Shown here: in pieces, positions 16,430 through 26,811 of the stretch
Numbering within the stretch: the first letter of the stretch is position 1
Layout of the letters: every line of letters starts with the position of its first letter
Assembly: GCF_943371775.1 (NCBI RefSeq)
Contig: NZ_CALRWD010000015.1
Span: 5,021 to 69,020 of the forward strand
From: Nocardioides psychrotolerans
Lineage (GTDB): Bacteria; Actinomycetota; Actinomycetes; Propionibacteriales; Nocardioidaceae
DNA length: 64,000 bases
Direction: 5' to 3'
The notes under the pieces: generated by a model
The model's database searches: none
The model's input: the letters and a program-made list of their open reading frames with translations, nothing else
Told to the model about the DNA's origin: nothing
Translations under genes and position numbers: made by a program

Positions 16430-17152
16430 TTAGCGGCCGCGCATGTTGCCGCGCATCCCCTTCATGCTGTTGGGCACGGGGCCCTTCGGCAGGGGGATCG
16501 CGGAGCGGTTGGCGTCCAGGGCCTTGAGCCGGTTGAGGACGTCGGTCATCTCGGCGGGCTTGACCTGACGGCCCAGCTTGGTGACGTGTCGGACCAGCTT
16601 GGCCAGCGGGACCTGGCCCTCCTCGGAGCCGACGACGACCTCGTGGATCGGCGTCTCGGAGGCGACCCGCTCGTGCTTGCGGCGCTCGCTGAGCAGCAGC
16701 TGACGCACGCGGTGGGGGTTGCCCTCGCCGATCAGGACGATGCCCGGAGGGCCGACCACGCGGTGCACGACGTCCTGCTGCTTGGTGAAGGCGATGACCG
16801 GGTCGGACTTCCAGCCGCGCTTGAGCAGCGTGAGCGCGCTGGCGGCGGCGCCGGGCTGGCCGGCCATGCGGTCGTAGGCGGTGCGCTGGGCGCGACGCGA
16901 GAAGACGATCATCATCGCCAGGAGGCCGAGCATCAGGCCGCCGACGATGGCGATGACCAGGCCGATGGTGCCGCTGCCGGGCAGGATGTAGAAGAGCCCG
17001 AAGCCGAGGGCGCCGAAGAGCAGGAACGACCCCAGCATCCACAGACCGATGCGCTTGTCGGTCTGCTTGGTCATCTTGTAGGTCGCCACGATCTGCTGGC
17101 GACGACCCATCTCGGAGGGGTCGGTGGGCTGAGCCTTGTCCTTCTTGGCCAT
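16430..17152 (-). CDS. DUF4191 membrane protein (Rv2219-like)
   Basis: MAKKDKAQPTDPSEMGRRQQIVATYKMTKQTD, two TM helices, and conserved synteny next to lipA. Confidence 0.8.
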   Translation of the reverse strand: MAKKDKAQPTDPSEMGRRQQIVATYKMTKQTDKRIGLWMLGSFLLFGALGFGLFYILPGSGTIGLVIAIVGGLMLGLLAMMIVFSRRAQRTAYDRMAGQPGAAASALTLLKRGWKSDPVIAFTKQQDVVHRVVGPPGIVLIGEGNPHRVRQLLLSERRKHERVASETPIHEVVVGSEEGQVPLAKLVRHVTKLGRQVKPAEMTDVLNRLKALDANRSAIPLPKGPVPNSMKGMRGNMRGR

Positions 17153-17196
17153 GGAGCGGTGCTGCCTTGTCGACTCGGGCTGACGACGTCGTGTCG

Positions 17197-18159
17197 TCAG
17201 ACGGTGGCGGGGGTGACGGAGGTCGTGATGCCCTCGCGGGCGTCCATCGCCTGACGGTACAGGCGCCCGGCCCGGTAGGACGAACGGACCAGCGGGCCGG
17301 ACAGGACACCGGAGAACCCGATCTCGTCGGCCTCGTCACGCAGCGCCACGAACTCCTCCGGCTTGACCCACCGCTCGACGGGGTGGTGCCGTGCGGAGGG
17401 GCGGAGGTACTGCGTGATGGTGATGAGCTCGCAGCCGGCCGCGTGGAGGTCGCGCAGGGCCTGCGAGACCTCGTCGCGGGTCTCGCCCATGCCGAGGATC
17501 AGGTTGGACTTGGTGACCAGGCCGAAGTCGCGGGCCTGGGTGATCACGTCGAGCGAGCGGTCGTAGCGGAACGCGGGACGGATCCGCTTGAAGATCCGGG
17601 GGACGGTCTCGACGTTGTGGGCCAGGACCTCGGGACGCGACTCGAAGACCTCACGGAGCAGGTCGGGCTGGCCGTTGAAGTCGGGGATCAGGTTCTCCAC
17701 GCCGATGCCGGGGTTGAGCTCATGGATCATCCGGACGGTCTCGGCGTAGAGCCAGGCCCCGCCGTCGGGGAGGTCGTCGCGGGCGACGCCGGTGATGGTG
17801 GCGTAGCGCAGTTGCATCTTCTGCACGGACTCCGCCACGCGGCGCGGCTCGTCGCGGTCGAGCGGGTCGGGCTTGCCGGTGTCGATCTGGCAGAAGTCGC
17901 AGCGACGGGTGCACTGCTCACCGCCGATGAGGAACGTCGCCTCCCGGTCCTCCCAGCACTCGAAGATGTTGGGGCAGCCGGCCTCCTGGCACACGGTGTG
18001 CAGTCCCTCGGACTTCACCAGGCTCTGGAGCGCCTTGTATTCGGGGCCCATCTTGGCCCGGGTCTTGATCCACTCGGGCTTCTTCTCGATGGGGGTCTCG
18101 GCGTTGCGGACCTCGAGACGGAGGAGCTTGCGGCCTTCAGGGACAGGAGCAGTGGTCAC
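17197..18159 (-). CDS. lipA: Lipoyl synthase
   Basis: [13 protein letters not shown] and radical-SAM [10 protein letters not shown] motifs. Confidence 0.95.
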   Translation of the reverse strand: MTTAPVPEGRKLLRLEVRNAETPIEKKPEWIKTRAKMGPEYKALQSLVKSEGLHTVCQEAGCPNIFECWEDREATFLIGGEQCTRRCDFCQIDTGKPDPLDRDEPRRVAESVQKMQLRYATITGVARDDLPDGGAWLYAETVRMIHELNPGIGVENLIPDFNGQPDLLREVFESRPEVLAHNVETVPRIFKRIRPAFRYDRSLDVITQARDFGLVTKSNLILGMGETRDEVSQALRDLHAAGCELITITQYLRPSARHHPVERWVKPEEFVALRDEADEIGFSGVLSGPLVRSSYRAGRLYRQAMDAREGITTSVTPATV

Positions 18160-18213
18160 TCCCGCAACTGTACGCCGCTCCCACAGGCAGGCGAACTCGA
18201 CGTGAGGTCGTCG

Positions 18214-19209
18214 TCAGGGCACGTCGCGACGGTGGAACGAGACCACCGACGCGGCACCCGCCAGGACCAGGAACGAGCCGACGTAGAGGGCGCCGTTGCG
18301 CGCGGGGAGCACCTTCTCCTCGTCGCACACCGCACCCTGTGGAGGGCGGTTGGTGTAGCACTCGTCGGGGACCGAGACGTAGTAGTCGGCGCCGTCGAGC
18401 ACCACCGCCGCGATGTTGGTCTGCGGCTGGAACTGCTCGTCGATGCCGAGCACGGCGATCAGCGCCCCGCCGGCGACGGCGACCGCGAAGAGCACCCCCA
18501 GCGTCGCCACCGTGCTGCGGAAGAGCATGGTGAGGGCATAGCCGCCCAGGGCCGCCCCGCCGGCCACCAGGGCGCCGCGCAGGCCGTCCTGGAGGCAGTC
18601 GACGAGGATCTCGGTGGTGGCGGGCAGGTCGCGGGAGCGGGCGACGGCCCAGAGCGCGAGCCAGTAGCCGGAGAAGACGACCAGCGAGAGCACGACGGAC
18701 ACCGCGAAGACGACCAGCGCCTTGGCGGTCCACACCCGCGTGCGCCGGGTCTCGAAGAGCAGCTGGTTGCTCATCGACCCGCTGCCCCAGTCGTGACCGA
18801 CCAGGGTGGTGCCGGCGAGCAGGAGCAGGACCGAGACGAGCGCGACCACGGCCAGACCGGTCTCGTCGCGCTCCTGGGCCAGGTCGAGGGTCTCGAAGTA
18901 GAGGAACCACTCGCGCTGGGGGAGCACGAAGGACTCGCACTGGGCCTGCAGGTCCGGGTCGTCGGCCTGGAGGCCGAAGCGCTGCGGCTTGGCGACGCAG
19001 CGGTCGAGCTCCTTCTGGACGTAGGGACGCGCGGTCTCCTCGGCGACCTGCTGGTCGACCCGGGCGAGCTCGGCGTCGGAGGGCGGCTGGGTGCTCCACG
19101 CACGGGCGACCCCGAACACCACGGGCAGGACCACGACGGCCAGGAGGAGCAGGAGGACCGCACGGCGCCAGCGCAGGCGGGTGAGCTCGACGAGCAGGAG
19201 GCGCCTCAT
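18214..19209 (-). CDS. ABC-2 type transporter permease
   Basis: Multiple TM segments. The ATGA overlap with the upstream ATPase gene indicates an operon. Confidence 0.7.
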   Translation of the reverse strand: MRRLLLVELTRLRWRRAVLLLLLAVVVLPVVFGVARAWSTQPPSDAELARVDQQVAEETARPYVQKELDRCVAKPQRFGLQADDPDLQAQCESFVLPQREWFLYFETLDLAQERDETGLAVVALVSVLLLLAGTTLVGHDWGSGSMSNQLLFETRRTRVWTAKALVVFAVSVVLSLVVFSGYWLALWAVARSRDLPATTEILVDCLQDGLRGALVAGGAALGGYALTMLFRSTVATLGVLFAVAVAGGALIAVLGIDEQFQPQTNIAAVVLDGADYYVSVPDECYTNRPPQGAVCDEEKVLPARNGALYVGSFLVLAGAASVVSFHRRDVP

Positions 19210-20171
19210 GCGGCACCGCCCTGCGTCGGACGGTCGGCGTGCTCGTGGCCGAGGGTGTCGGCCTCGGTCAGCTCGAGGAACACCGACTCCAGGTCGCGTC
19301 GTACGGGGGTGAGGGCGGTCAGCCAGATGCCGGCCTCGCCGAGCGTCCGCGTCACGTCGGCCGGCGCCTCGGACTCGACCAGGAGCCCCGGCTCGTCGGA
19401 CACGGCCGGTGTCACCGCGAAGCCGGCGCCCTCGAGGACCGACCGGGCGGCCACGGGATCGGGCACCTCGACGCGCAACGCGGAGGCACCGCCCTGGAGC
19501 AGCTCGTCGACACGGCCCGAGGCCAGGAGCCTGCCGTTGCCGATGATCGTCGCGGAGGTGCAGACCTGCTGCACCTCGGCCAGGATGTGGGAGCTCAGCA
19601 GCACGGTCACCCCACGCTCGCCGAGGTCTCGGATGGTGTCGCGGATCTCGCGGATGCCCGCCGGGTCGAGGCCGTTGGTGGGCTCGTCCAGGATCAGCAG
19701 CTCGGGGTCCTTGAGCAGGGTGGCCGCGATGGCCAGGCGCTGCTTCATGCCGAGCGAGTAGGACTTGAAGCGGTCCCGGTCGCGCCCGGTGAGGCCGACG
19801 GTCTCGATCGCCGCGTCGACGCGGCTGGTCGGCGCACCGATGGTGCGGGCTAGGAGCAGGAGGTTCTGCCGGCCGCTGAAGTTGGGGGAGAACTTGGGGG
19901 ACTCCACGACGGCACCGACGCGGTCGATGACGGCCGGCAACGCCTGCGGCACCGGGTGGCCGAAGAGCTCCATCGACCCGTTGCTGGCGCGGGCGAGGCC
20001 GAGCAGCATCCGGATGGTCGTCGTCTTGCCGGACCCGTTGGGGCCGAGGAATCCGTGCACGCCACCTCGGGGGACCGCGAGGTCCAGGCCCTGCACGGCG
20101 ACGCGCAGGCCGCCTCGTCTGCTGCGGAACTCCTTGCGGAGGCCCGTTGTCTCGATCACCAGGTCACTCAT
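19206..20171 (-). CDS. ABC transporter ATP-binding protein (DrrA-like)
   Basis: Walker A GPNGSGKTT, signature YSLGMKQRL, Walker B LLILDEPTNGLD. ATG 20171 (MSDLVIETTGL). Confidence 0.9.
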   Translation of the reverse strand: MSDLVIETTGLRKEFRSRRGGLRVAVQGLDLAVPRGGVHGFLGPNGSGKTTTIRMLLGLARASNGSMELFGHPVPQALPAVIDRVGAVVESPKFSPNFSGRQNLLLLARTIGAPTSRVDAAIETVGLTGRDRDRFKSYSLGMKQRLAIAATLLKDPELLILDEPTNGLDPAGIREIRDTIRDLGERGVTVLLSSHILAEVQQVCTSATIIGNGRLLASGRVDELLQGGASALRVEVPDPVAARSVLEGAGFAVTPAVSDEPGLLVESEAPADVTRTLGEAGIWLTALTPVRRDLESVFLELTEADTLGHEHADRPTQGGAA

Positions 20172-20247
20172 GTGCCGTGTCTCTCCGTCCGTCCCGAGGG
20201 AGACGATCACAACAGACGAAAAGGTTGTGTCAGCGGCGTGACACGCC

Positions 20248-20973
20248 TCAGGGCGTGAGCAGAGTGATGCGCGGCGTGCGTCCCGGCTCGGGCCGGGCGT
20301 CGAAGTCGGGGGTCGGCACGTAGGCGTCCCAGGCGAGGTAGCGCGCGAGGTGGCGCTCCACGACCGGGAGGACCTCGGTGACGGTGACGGGGCGCTCGAG
20401 CTCGTGGCTGAGGGTCGTCACGCCGGCGTCGGCGATGCCGCACGGGACGAAGCGGTCGTACCACCCGAGGTCGACGTCGCAGTTGAGCGAGAAGCCGTGC
20501 ATCGTCACCCCACGGCTGACCCGGATGCCCAGGGCGGCGACCTTGCGCTCGGGACCGCGGTCGTCGGCGCGCAGCCAGACGCCGGAGCGACCCGGCACGC
20601 GGGCGGTGGTGACCCCGAGCTCGCCGCAGGCCTGGATGAGGGCCTCCTCCACCCGTCGTACGTAGTCGACGACCTTGACGTGGTCGGGCAGACGCACGAT
20701 GGGGTAGCCGACGAGCTGGCCGGGGCCGTGGAAGGTGATCATCCCGCCGCGGTCGACGTCGATGACGGCCGCGCCACCGGGGTCGGCGGGCCGGTCGCCC
20801 GGGGCCGTGCGCTTGCCGGCGGTGTAGACGGGCGGGTGCTCCAGGAGCAGCACCGTGGGCGGACGGCTGCCCTCGACCACGCCCGCGTGCACCTCGCGCT
20901 GGAGGTCCCACGCCGCGAGGTAGTCGACCGCGTCGGCTCCCAGGCCGACCTGCTCGAAGCGCAGCTCACTCAC
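20248..20973 (-). CDS. lipB: Lipoyl(octanoyl) transferase
   Basis: [42 protein letters not shown]. Confidence 0.9.
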   Translation of the reverse strand: MSELRFEQVGLGADAVDYLAAWDLQREVHAGVVEGSRPPTVLLLEHPPVYTAGKRTAPGDRPADPGGAAVIDVDRGGMITFHGPGQLVGYPIVRLPDHVKVVDYVRRVEEALIQACGELGVTTARVPGRSGVWLRADDRGPERKVAALGIRVSRGVTMHGFSLNCDVDLGWYDRFVPCGIADAGVTTLSHELERPVTVTEVLPVVERHLARYLAWDAYVPTPDFDARPEPGRTPRITLLTP

Positions 20974-21065
20974 GTGCTCGAGGCTACCCCGGCGCCGAGG
21001 AGGTCAGCGGGGCTGCCTGTGGAGGAGCGGTCGCGCCGTCGGTCGGGAGCCGGTAGGAGTGAGGG

Positions 21066-21593
21066 ATGACCCGACTCCTGCCCCGACTAGTGCCCTGCCT
21101 CGCCGTGCTGCTGGTGGCGCTCGCCACCGTCTCCGCCTGTACGACGGACCCGACGGTCGCGCGTCCGGCCGCCGGGTCGGTGTCGGTCCGGGCGGACGTG
21201 GCGGCCGGGGTGTCGCCCGTGGCGGTGCTCCAGGAGTGGGATCGCCGACGGGCCGAGGCCTGGGCGGTGGGCGACACGGCGGGGCTGAGGGCGCTCTACG
21301 TGCGGGGGTCGCGGGCGGGTGAGCGCGACGTGGCGATGCTGCGCCGGTGGCTCGACCGGGGGCTGAGGGTCGACAGGCTCGAGGTGCAGGTGCTCCGCGG
21401 CCGGGTGGTGGCCCGGGCGCCCCGGCGCATCACCGTGGCGGTGAGCGAGCGGCTGGTCCACGCCACCGCTACGGCCGGTGCGCGCCGCTGGGTGCTGCCG
21501 GTGGGCGCGGTCACGGAGCGGCGCGTCACCCTCTGGCGCACCGCCGGCAGGTGGCGGGTCGCCGGGGTGTCAGTCGCGGGCGGCCAGGCCTGA
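21066..21593 (+). CDS. Putative lipoprotein, function unknown
   Basis: Signal peptide with lipobox ATVSAC. GC3-rich frame. Confidence 0.55.
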   Translation: MTRLLPRLVPCLAVLLVALATVSACTTDPTVARPAAGSVSVRADVAAGVSPVAVLQEWDRRRAEAWAVGDTAGLRALYVRGSRAGERDVAMLRRWLDRGLRVDRLEVQVLRGRVVARAPRRITVAVSERLVHATATAGARRWVLPVGAVTERRVTLWRTAGRWRVAGVSVAGGQA

Positions 21594-22490
21594 GGCGACC
21601 ACGGCGTGCACATCGGGGTCGGCGAAGACGTAGCCCGCGGCCTCGAGCGCGGCCGGTCGCACGTTGAGCGAGCCGAGGATCTCCGGCCCCATCTCACCGG
21701 CAGCCACCTTGAGGATCGCCTTCGGTGCGGTGGCGAAGGCCGGACGGTGGAGGGCCTTGGCCAGGGCGCGGGTGAACTCGGCGTTGGTCGGGGTCTCGAC
21801 GCAGCAGAGGTTGAACGCCCCCGACGCGGTCGGGTGCTCGACGAGGTGGGAGACGGCGCCGACCCAGTCCCGCAGGGAGATCATCGCCATGTGCTGCTTG
21901 CCGTCGCCGAGCTTGCCACCGAGTCCGGCCTTGAAGAGCAGGCGCAGCTGCTGCAGGGGCGCGGCACGGCGGTCCATCACGGGAGCGGTGCGCAGGACGC
22001 AGACCCGGGAGCCGGCGTCGACGGCGGCGTCGGCGGCCGCCTGCCACTCACGGGTCACGTCGGTCAGCAGCGCGTGGCCGCGGGTGTCGGCGGACTCGGT
22101 GAGGACCTGGTCGCCGTGGTCGCCGTAGTGGGAGATGCCGTTGCCGGCGAGGAAGGCCGGGGGCTGCTCGGCGGCCGCGATCGCCTCGGCCAGCACGCGG
22201 GTCGTCGTCACGCGGCTCTCGCGCAGCTCGCGGGCCCACTTCTTCGAGTGCGGGTTGCCCGCGGTCGGGGAGCCGGCCAGGTTGACCACGACGTCGGCGT
22301 CGGCGACCAGGGCGCGGTCGACCTGACCGGCGTAGGGGTCCCAGGTGGACTCGGCGGTGCTGCTCGGGGCCCGTCGTACGAGCGAGGTGACCGTGTGGCC
22401 CCGGCGCACGAGGTCGGCGCGCAGGTGGGTGCCGAGGAAGCCGGAGCCGCCGGCGAGGACGACGTGCAGGGGTGCCTGGGGGGAAGCCAT
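21570..22490 (-). CDS. TIGR01777-type NAD-dependent epimerase/SDR family protein
   Basis: N-terminal VLAGGSGFLGTHL Rossmann motif. The position between lipB and sucB matches Rv2216 in Mycobacterium. Confidence 0.75.
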   Translation of the reverse strand: MASPQAPLHVVLAGGSGFLGTHLRADLVRRGHTVTSLVRRAPSSTAESTWDPYAGQVDRALVADADVVVNLAGSPTAGNPHSKKWARELRESRVTTTRVLAEAIAAAEQPPAFLAGNGISHYGDHGDQVLTESADTRGHALLTDVTREWQAAADAAVDAGSRVCVLRTAPVMDRRAAPLQQLRLLFKAGLGGKLGDGKQHMAMISLRDWVGAVSHLVEHPTASGAFNLCCVETPTNAEFTRALAKALHRPAFATAPKAILKVAAGEMGPEILGSLNVRPAALEAAGYVFADPDVHAVVASGLAARD

Positions 22491-22577
22491 GGCGCAAGCC
22501 TCCCATCACCGCCAAGGGGAGCGACGACGGAGGCCCCCGCTCGAGCAGTGCTCGTGCGGGGGCCTCCGGTGGGTGGG

Positions 22578-24365
22578 TCAGACCTCGAACTGGCCGGCCT
22601 CGAGGCGCTTCTTGACGTCCTGCAGGAAGCGACCCGCGTCGGCGCCGTCGACCAGGCGGTGGTCGTAGGTCAGCGCGAGGTAGACCATGTGGCGCACCGC
22701 GATCGTCTCGCCCAGGTCGGGGTCGTCGATCACGACCGGGCGCTTGACGACCGCGCCCGGGCCCAGGATGGCGACCTGCGGCTTGTTGATGATCGGCGTG
22801 TCCCAGAGGGCGCCGACGCTGCCGAGGTTGGTGATCGTGAACGTGCCACCGCCGAGCTCGTCGGGGCCGATCTTGTTGGTGCGGGTGCGCTCGGCGACAT
22901 CGGCGATCTTCTTGGCCAGGCCCGCGATCGAGAGGTCACCCGCGTCCTTGACGACCGGGGTGATGAGCCCCTTCTCGGTGTCGACCGCGAAGGCGAGGTT
23001 CTCGACGTCGTAGTAGGTGATCGTGCCGGCGTCGGTGTCGATCGTCGCGTTGAGCTTGGGGTGGACCTTGAGCGCGTCGATCGAGGCCTTGGCGAAGAAC
23101 GGCAGGTAGGACAGCTTCACGCCCTCGCGGGCCAGGAAGTCGGCCTTGGACTTCTCGCGCAGCCGGGCAATGCGGGTGACGTCGACCTCGATGACCTGCG
23201 TGAGCTGGGCTCCCGAGTGCAGCGAGTCGAGCATCCGCTCCGCGATGATCTTGCGCAGCCGGCTGATCTTCTCGGTGGTGCCGCGCAGCGGCGACGGCGC
23301 GGCCGACGGCGCGGGGGCTGCGGCGGCCGGAGCAGCGGCGGCTGCGGGAGCAGCGGCCGGTGCCTCCTTGGCCTTGGCGGCGTCGAGCACGTCCTGCTTG
23401 CGGATGCGCCCGCCGACACCGGTGCCGGTGATGCTCGACAGGTCGACGTCGTGCTGGGTCGCGAGCTTGCGGACCAGCGGGGTGACGTAGCCGGCGCTGT
23501 CGTTGGACGGCGCCTCCTGCGTGGCCTTCTCCTGAGCGGGCTCCGGGGCCTTGGCGGGCTCCGGCTCGCTCTTGGCTGCGGGGGCGGGAGCCTCCTGCTT
23601 GACCGGCTCGGGCTCCGGCTCCGGCTCCGGCTCGGGCTCGGGGGCCTTCTCCTCCTTGGCCGGCGCGGCGGGGGCGGCGTCGCCCGAGCCGATGACGGCG
23701 AGCTCGGCTCCGACCTCGACGGTCTCGTCCTCCTCGACCTTGATCTCCAGCAGGGTGCCGGCGACTGGGGAGGGGATCTCGGTGTCGACCTTGTCGGTGG
23801 AGACCTCGAGCAGCGGCTCGTCGACCGCGACGTCGTCGCCGACGGCCTTGAGCCAGCGGGTGACGGTGCCCTCGGTGACGGACTCACCGAGCGCGGGCAG
23901 CGTCACGGAGGTGCCGGAGCCGCCACCCGATCCACCGGACCCGCTGTCGGAGCCACCGGACGCGGCCGGCTGCTCCTTGTCGGCCTCGGGGGTCTCGTCG
24001 CCCTCGGGGAGGTCGCCGGTCTCCTCGACGATCTCCTCCTCCTGCTCGGCCTTCTTCTCGGCCTCGCCCTCGTCCTTCGGCTGTGCCTCGGGCTCGGCGG
24101 TCTCGTCGGCGTCGCCGGCGGACTCGCCCTCGTCACCGATCACCGCGAGGATCGCGCCCACCTCGACGGTGTCGTCCTCCTGGGCCTTGATCTCCAGCAG
24201 GGTGCCGGCGACGGGGGAGGGGATCTCGGTGTCGACCTTGTCGGTCGAGACCTCCAGCAAGGGCTCGTCGACGGCGACCGTGTCGCCGACCTGCTTGAGC
24301 CAGCGGGTGACGGTCCCTTCGGTGACGGACTCGCCGAGAGCTGGGAGGTTGACTTCGGTGGCCAT
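22578..24365 (-). CDS. sucB: Dihydrolipoamide acyl(succinyl)transferase E2 with two lipoyl domains
   Basis: Two copies of [17 protein letters not shown]...[14 protein letters not shown], Pro/Glu/Ala linkers, and catalytic [17 protein letters not shown]. Confidence 0.95.
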   Translation of the reverse strand: MATEVNLPALGESVTEGTVTRWLKQVGDTVAVDEPLLEVSTDKVDTEIPSPVAGTLLEIKAQEDDTVEVGAILAVIGDEGESAGDADETAEPEAQPKDEGEAEKKAEQEEEIVEETGDLPEGDETPEADKEQPAASGGSDSGSGGSGGGSGTSVTLPALGESVTEGTVTRWLKAVGDDVAVDEPLLEVSTDKVDTEIPSPVAGTLLEIKVEEDETVEVGAELAVIGSGDAAPAAPAKEEKAPEPEPEPEPEPEPVKQEAPAPAAKSEPEPAKAPEPAQEKATQEAPSNDSAGYVTPLVRKLATQHDVDLSSITGTGVGGRIRKQDVLDAAKAKEAPAAAPAAAAAPAAAAPAPSAAPSPLRGTTEKISRLRKIIAERMLDSLHSGAQLTQVIEVDVTRIARLREKSKADFLAREGVKLSYLPFFAKASIDALKVHPKLNATIDTDAGTITYYDVENLAFAVDTEKGLITPVVKDAGDLSIAGLAKKIADVAERTRTNKIGPDELGGGTFTITNLGSVGALWDTPIINKPQVAILGPGAVVKRPVVIDDPDLGETIAVRHMVYLALTYDHRLVDGADAGRFLQDVKKRLEAGQFEV

Positions 24366-24394
24366 GGACTTCCTTTACGCGCTGGTGGTGGGGA

Positions 24395-25786
24395 TCAGGA
24401 GTGAGCGTGCAACGGCTTCCCGGCGAGCGCGAGGTGCGCTTCGCCGAGAGCCTCGTTCTGGGTGGGGTGGGCGTGCAGCAGAGGAGCGACGTCCTCGGCG
24501 TGGGCCTCCCAGTTGTAGATCAGCTGGGCCTCGCCGATGAGCTCGCCGACGCGGTCGCCGACCAGGTGGACGCCGACCACGGGCCCGTCCTTCTGACGCA
24601 CGAGCTTGACGAAGCCCTGGGTCTTGAGGATCTGGCTCTTGCCGTTGCCACCGAGGTCGTAGGTGATGCTCTCGATGCCGTCAGCGCCGTAGGTCTCGAC
24701 GGCGTCGGCCTCGTTGAGGCCGACCGAGGCGATCTCGGGGTGGCTGTAGGTCACGCGCGGGATCCCGAGCTCGTCGATGGGCTGCGGGTCGAGGCCGGCG
24801 ATCTCCTCAGCGACGAAGATGCCCTGCTGGAAGCCGCGGTGGGCCAGCTGGAGCCCCGGGACGATGTCGCCGACGGCGAAGATGCCCTCGACGTTGGTGC
24901 GGCAGCGCTCGTCGGCGAGCACGAAGCCGCGCTCCATCGCCACGCCGATCTCCTCGTAGCCGAGACTGGCGGTGCTCGGACCGCGACCGACCGCGACGAG
25001 CAGCAGCTCGGCCTCGATGACGCTCTGCTGACCGTCGGCCCCCTCGACGGTGACCGCGACGCCGTCGTCGGTGGTCGTCACGCTCTGGAAGGAGGTGCCG
25101 GTGCGGAACGCGATCTTGCGCTTGCGGAACGCGCGCTCCAGGGCCTTCGACGACGCCTCGTCCTCGACGGCGACCAGGCGCGGCAGCGCCTCGATGATCG
25201 TGACCTCGGCGCCGAAGCTGCGCCACACGCTGGCGAACTCGCAGCCGATGACACCGCCGCCGAGCACGATCACCGATGCGGGCACCCGCTCGAGGCGCAG
25301 TGCGTGCTCGGAGGTCAGGACCCGCTCACCGTCGACCTCGAGGCCGGGCAGGGACTTGGAGTAGGAGCCGGAGGCCAGGACGAGGTGACGACCGGTGTGG
25401 GTCGTGCCGTCGACCGTGACCTCGCGGGGGCCGGTGACCCTGCCCTCGCCCTCGATCACGGTGATGCCGCGCGACTTGATGAGGCCGGCCAGCCCCTTGA
25501 AGAGGCGCGAGACCACGCCGTCCTTGTAGGCGTTGACGCCGGGCATGTCGATGCCGTCGAACGACGCCCGGACACCGAACTGCTCGGACTCCCGGGCGCT
25601 GTCGGCGACCTCCGCGGCGTGGAGAAGGGCCTTGGTGGGGATGCAGCCGACGTGGAGGCAGGTGCCCCCCAGGTTGCCCTTCTCGACGAGACCCACGGAC
25701 AGGCCCAGCTGGGCTGCGCGCAGGGCACAGGCATAGCCCCCGGATCCCGCCCCGAGAATGAGAACGTCGAAGTCCGCCTCTGCCAC
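24395..25786 (-). CDS. lpd: Dihydrolipoyl dehydrogenase (E3)
   Basis: FAD motif LILGAGSGGY, redox-active GGTCLHVGCIPTK, C-terminal HAHPTQNEALGEA. Confidence 0.95.
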   Translation of the reverse strand: MAEADFDVLILGAGSGGYACALRAAQLGLSVGLVEKGNLGGTCLHVGCIPTKALLHAAEVADSARESEQFGVRASFDGIDMPGVNAYKDGVVSRLFKGLAGLIKSRGITVIEGEGRVTGPREVTVDGTTHTGRHLVLASGSYSKSLPGLEVDGERVLTSEHALRLERVPASVIVLGGGVIGCEFASVWRSFGAEVTIIEALPRLVAVEDEASSKALERAFRKRKIAFRTGTSFQSVTTTDDGVAVTVEGADGQQSVIEAELLLVAVGRGPSTASLGYEEIGVAMERGFVLADERCRTNVEGIFAVGDIVPGLQLAHRGFQQGIFVAEEIAGLDPQPIDELGIPRVTYSHPEIASVGLNEADAVETYGADGIESITYDLGGNGKSQILKTQGFVKLVRQKDGPVVGVHLVGDRVGELIGEAQLIYNWEAHAEDVAPLLHAHPTQNEALGEAHLALAGKPLHAHS

Positions 25787-25940
25787 GCTGGTCCCTCCAT
25801 AGTCACCGATGCGCGTCCCATCCTTGCACTTCTGGCGCGCGTGACAACACCGGCCTCAGCGCGGCCACCCGCGAGTCGCCACGACCCCCTCGCGAGGGGT
25901 CCTGCGCGCGAGATGACCGTCGAAGGGGCAAACTGGTCAC

Positions 25941-26318
25941 ATGGGTTTCATGGACCGCTTCCGCCGCGGGTCGGGCATGCGGATGAGCAAGCCGGCCAAG
26001 GACGGACTCCGCACGGGCTCCACGCGGGTCCGCGCCTCCGACAAGGTCGACGAGGCGCACCTGCACGAGTTCGTCACCGCGCGCCGCGGTGTGGAGGGGT
26101 TCGTCGAGCCACGCACAGCGGTCAGCGACGTGACCCTGCTCCTCGTCGCGCACGACGGCGAATGGACCCGACGCCGGGTCCCCTCGATCAACTGGGCGCA
26201 CGACTTCGCCAACAAGCACCAGGTGCCGTCCTACGACGCCGCCGTGGTCGGCATCCCGCAGCGCATGCGCGACTACAACAGCCGGCAGAAGCAGCAGCGC
26301 AAGGAGCGCGGCTACTAG
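25941..26318 (+). CDS. Conserved hypothetical protein (125 aa)
   Basis: GC3-rich ORF divergent from lpd. No motif recognised. Confidence 0.55.
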   Translation: MGFMDRFRRGSGMRMSKPAKDGLRTGSTRVRASDKVDEAHLHEFVTARRGVEGFVEPRTAVSDVTLLLVAHDGEWTRRRVPSINWAHDFANKHQVPSYDAAVVGIPQRMRDYNSRQKQQRKERGY

Positions 26319-26354
26319 CCGCACGGATGCGTGGGTGCTGGCTGGCCCTTCGTC

Positions 26355-26805
26355 GGTCGAGCCCGGCGAGCGCAGCGAGTCGGCGTCGAGACCTCGGTGA
26401 GGTGCTCGCCTGGGTGGGGGTACGGCGTACGCCGCACGGCTGAGGTTGGTGGTCGGCGTGCGGGGTCTCGACGCCTCGTCTCTGGCGCTCCTCGGGCTCG
26501 ACCTCCGAACACTGCGGTGGATCGCACGCACCAGGTGCGTGTGATCGACCGCAGTGATCCGTGGTTGCTTGCTGGTCGAGCCCGGCGAGCGCGGCGAGTC
26601 GGCGTCGAGACCTCGGTGAGGTGCTCGCCTGGGTGGGGACACGCCGTACGCCGCACGGCTGAGCTTGGTGGTCGGCGTGCATGGTCTCGACGCCTCGTCG
26701 CTTGCGCTCCTCGGGCTCGACCAGCGACCCCGCCTCGGGCTCGACCAGCGACCCCGCCTCGGGCTCGACCAGCGACCCCGCCTCGGGCTCGACCAGCGAC
26801 CCCGC
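26355..26805. repeat. Composite intergenic repeat: two copies of a ~150-bp palindromic unit (period 219 bp), a 47-bp palindrome and a 4 x 24-bp tandem repeat
   Basis: The units start at 26355 and 26574 (ggtcgagcccggcgagcgc...gcgctcctcgggctcgacc). Each has an internal inverted repeat ggcgtcgagacc/ggtctcgacgcc. The palindrome spans 26510-26556. The 24-bp unit ctcgggctcgaccagcgaccccgc occurs 4 times across 26710-26805. Confidence 0.85.
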
Positions 26806-26811
26806 TGCAGG

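Noticed and set aside
23580-24365. Internal DNA repeats inside sucB (ggctccggctcc runs; the roughly 230-bp similarity between 23700-23900 and 24180-24365).
   Set aside because: These are explained by coding sequence: Pro-Glu/Ala-Pro linkers and the two duplicated lipoyl domains of E2.
26710-26805. Possible CRISPR array (4 x 24-bp repeats); likewise the 30-bp repeats at 34741-34830.
   Set aside because: The repeats are contiguous with no unique spacers, the units are too short or few, and no cas genes or leader are present. They fit tandem/REP-type repeats instead.
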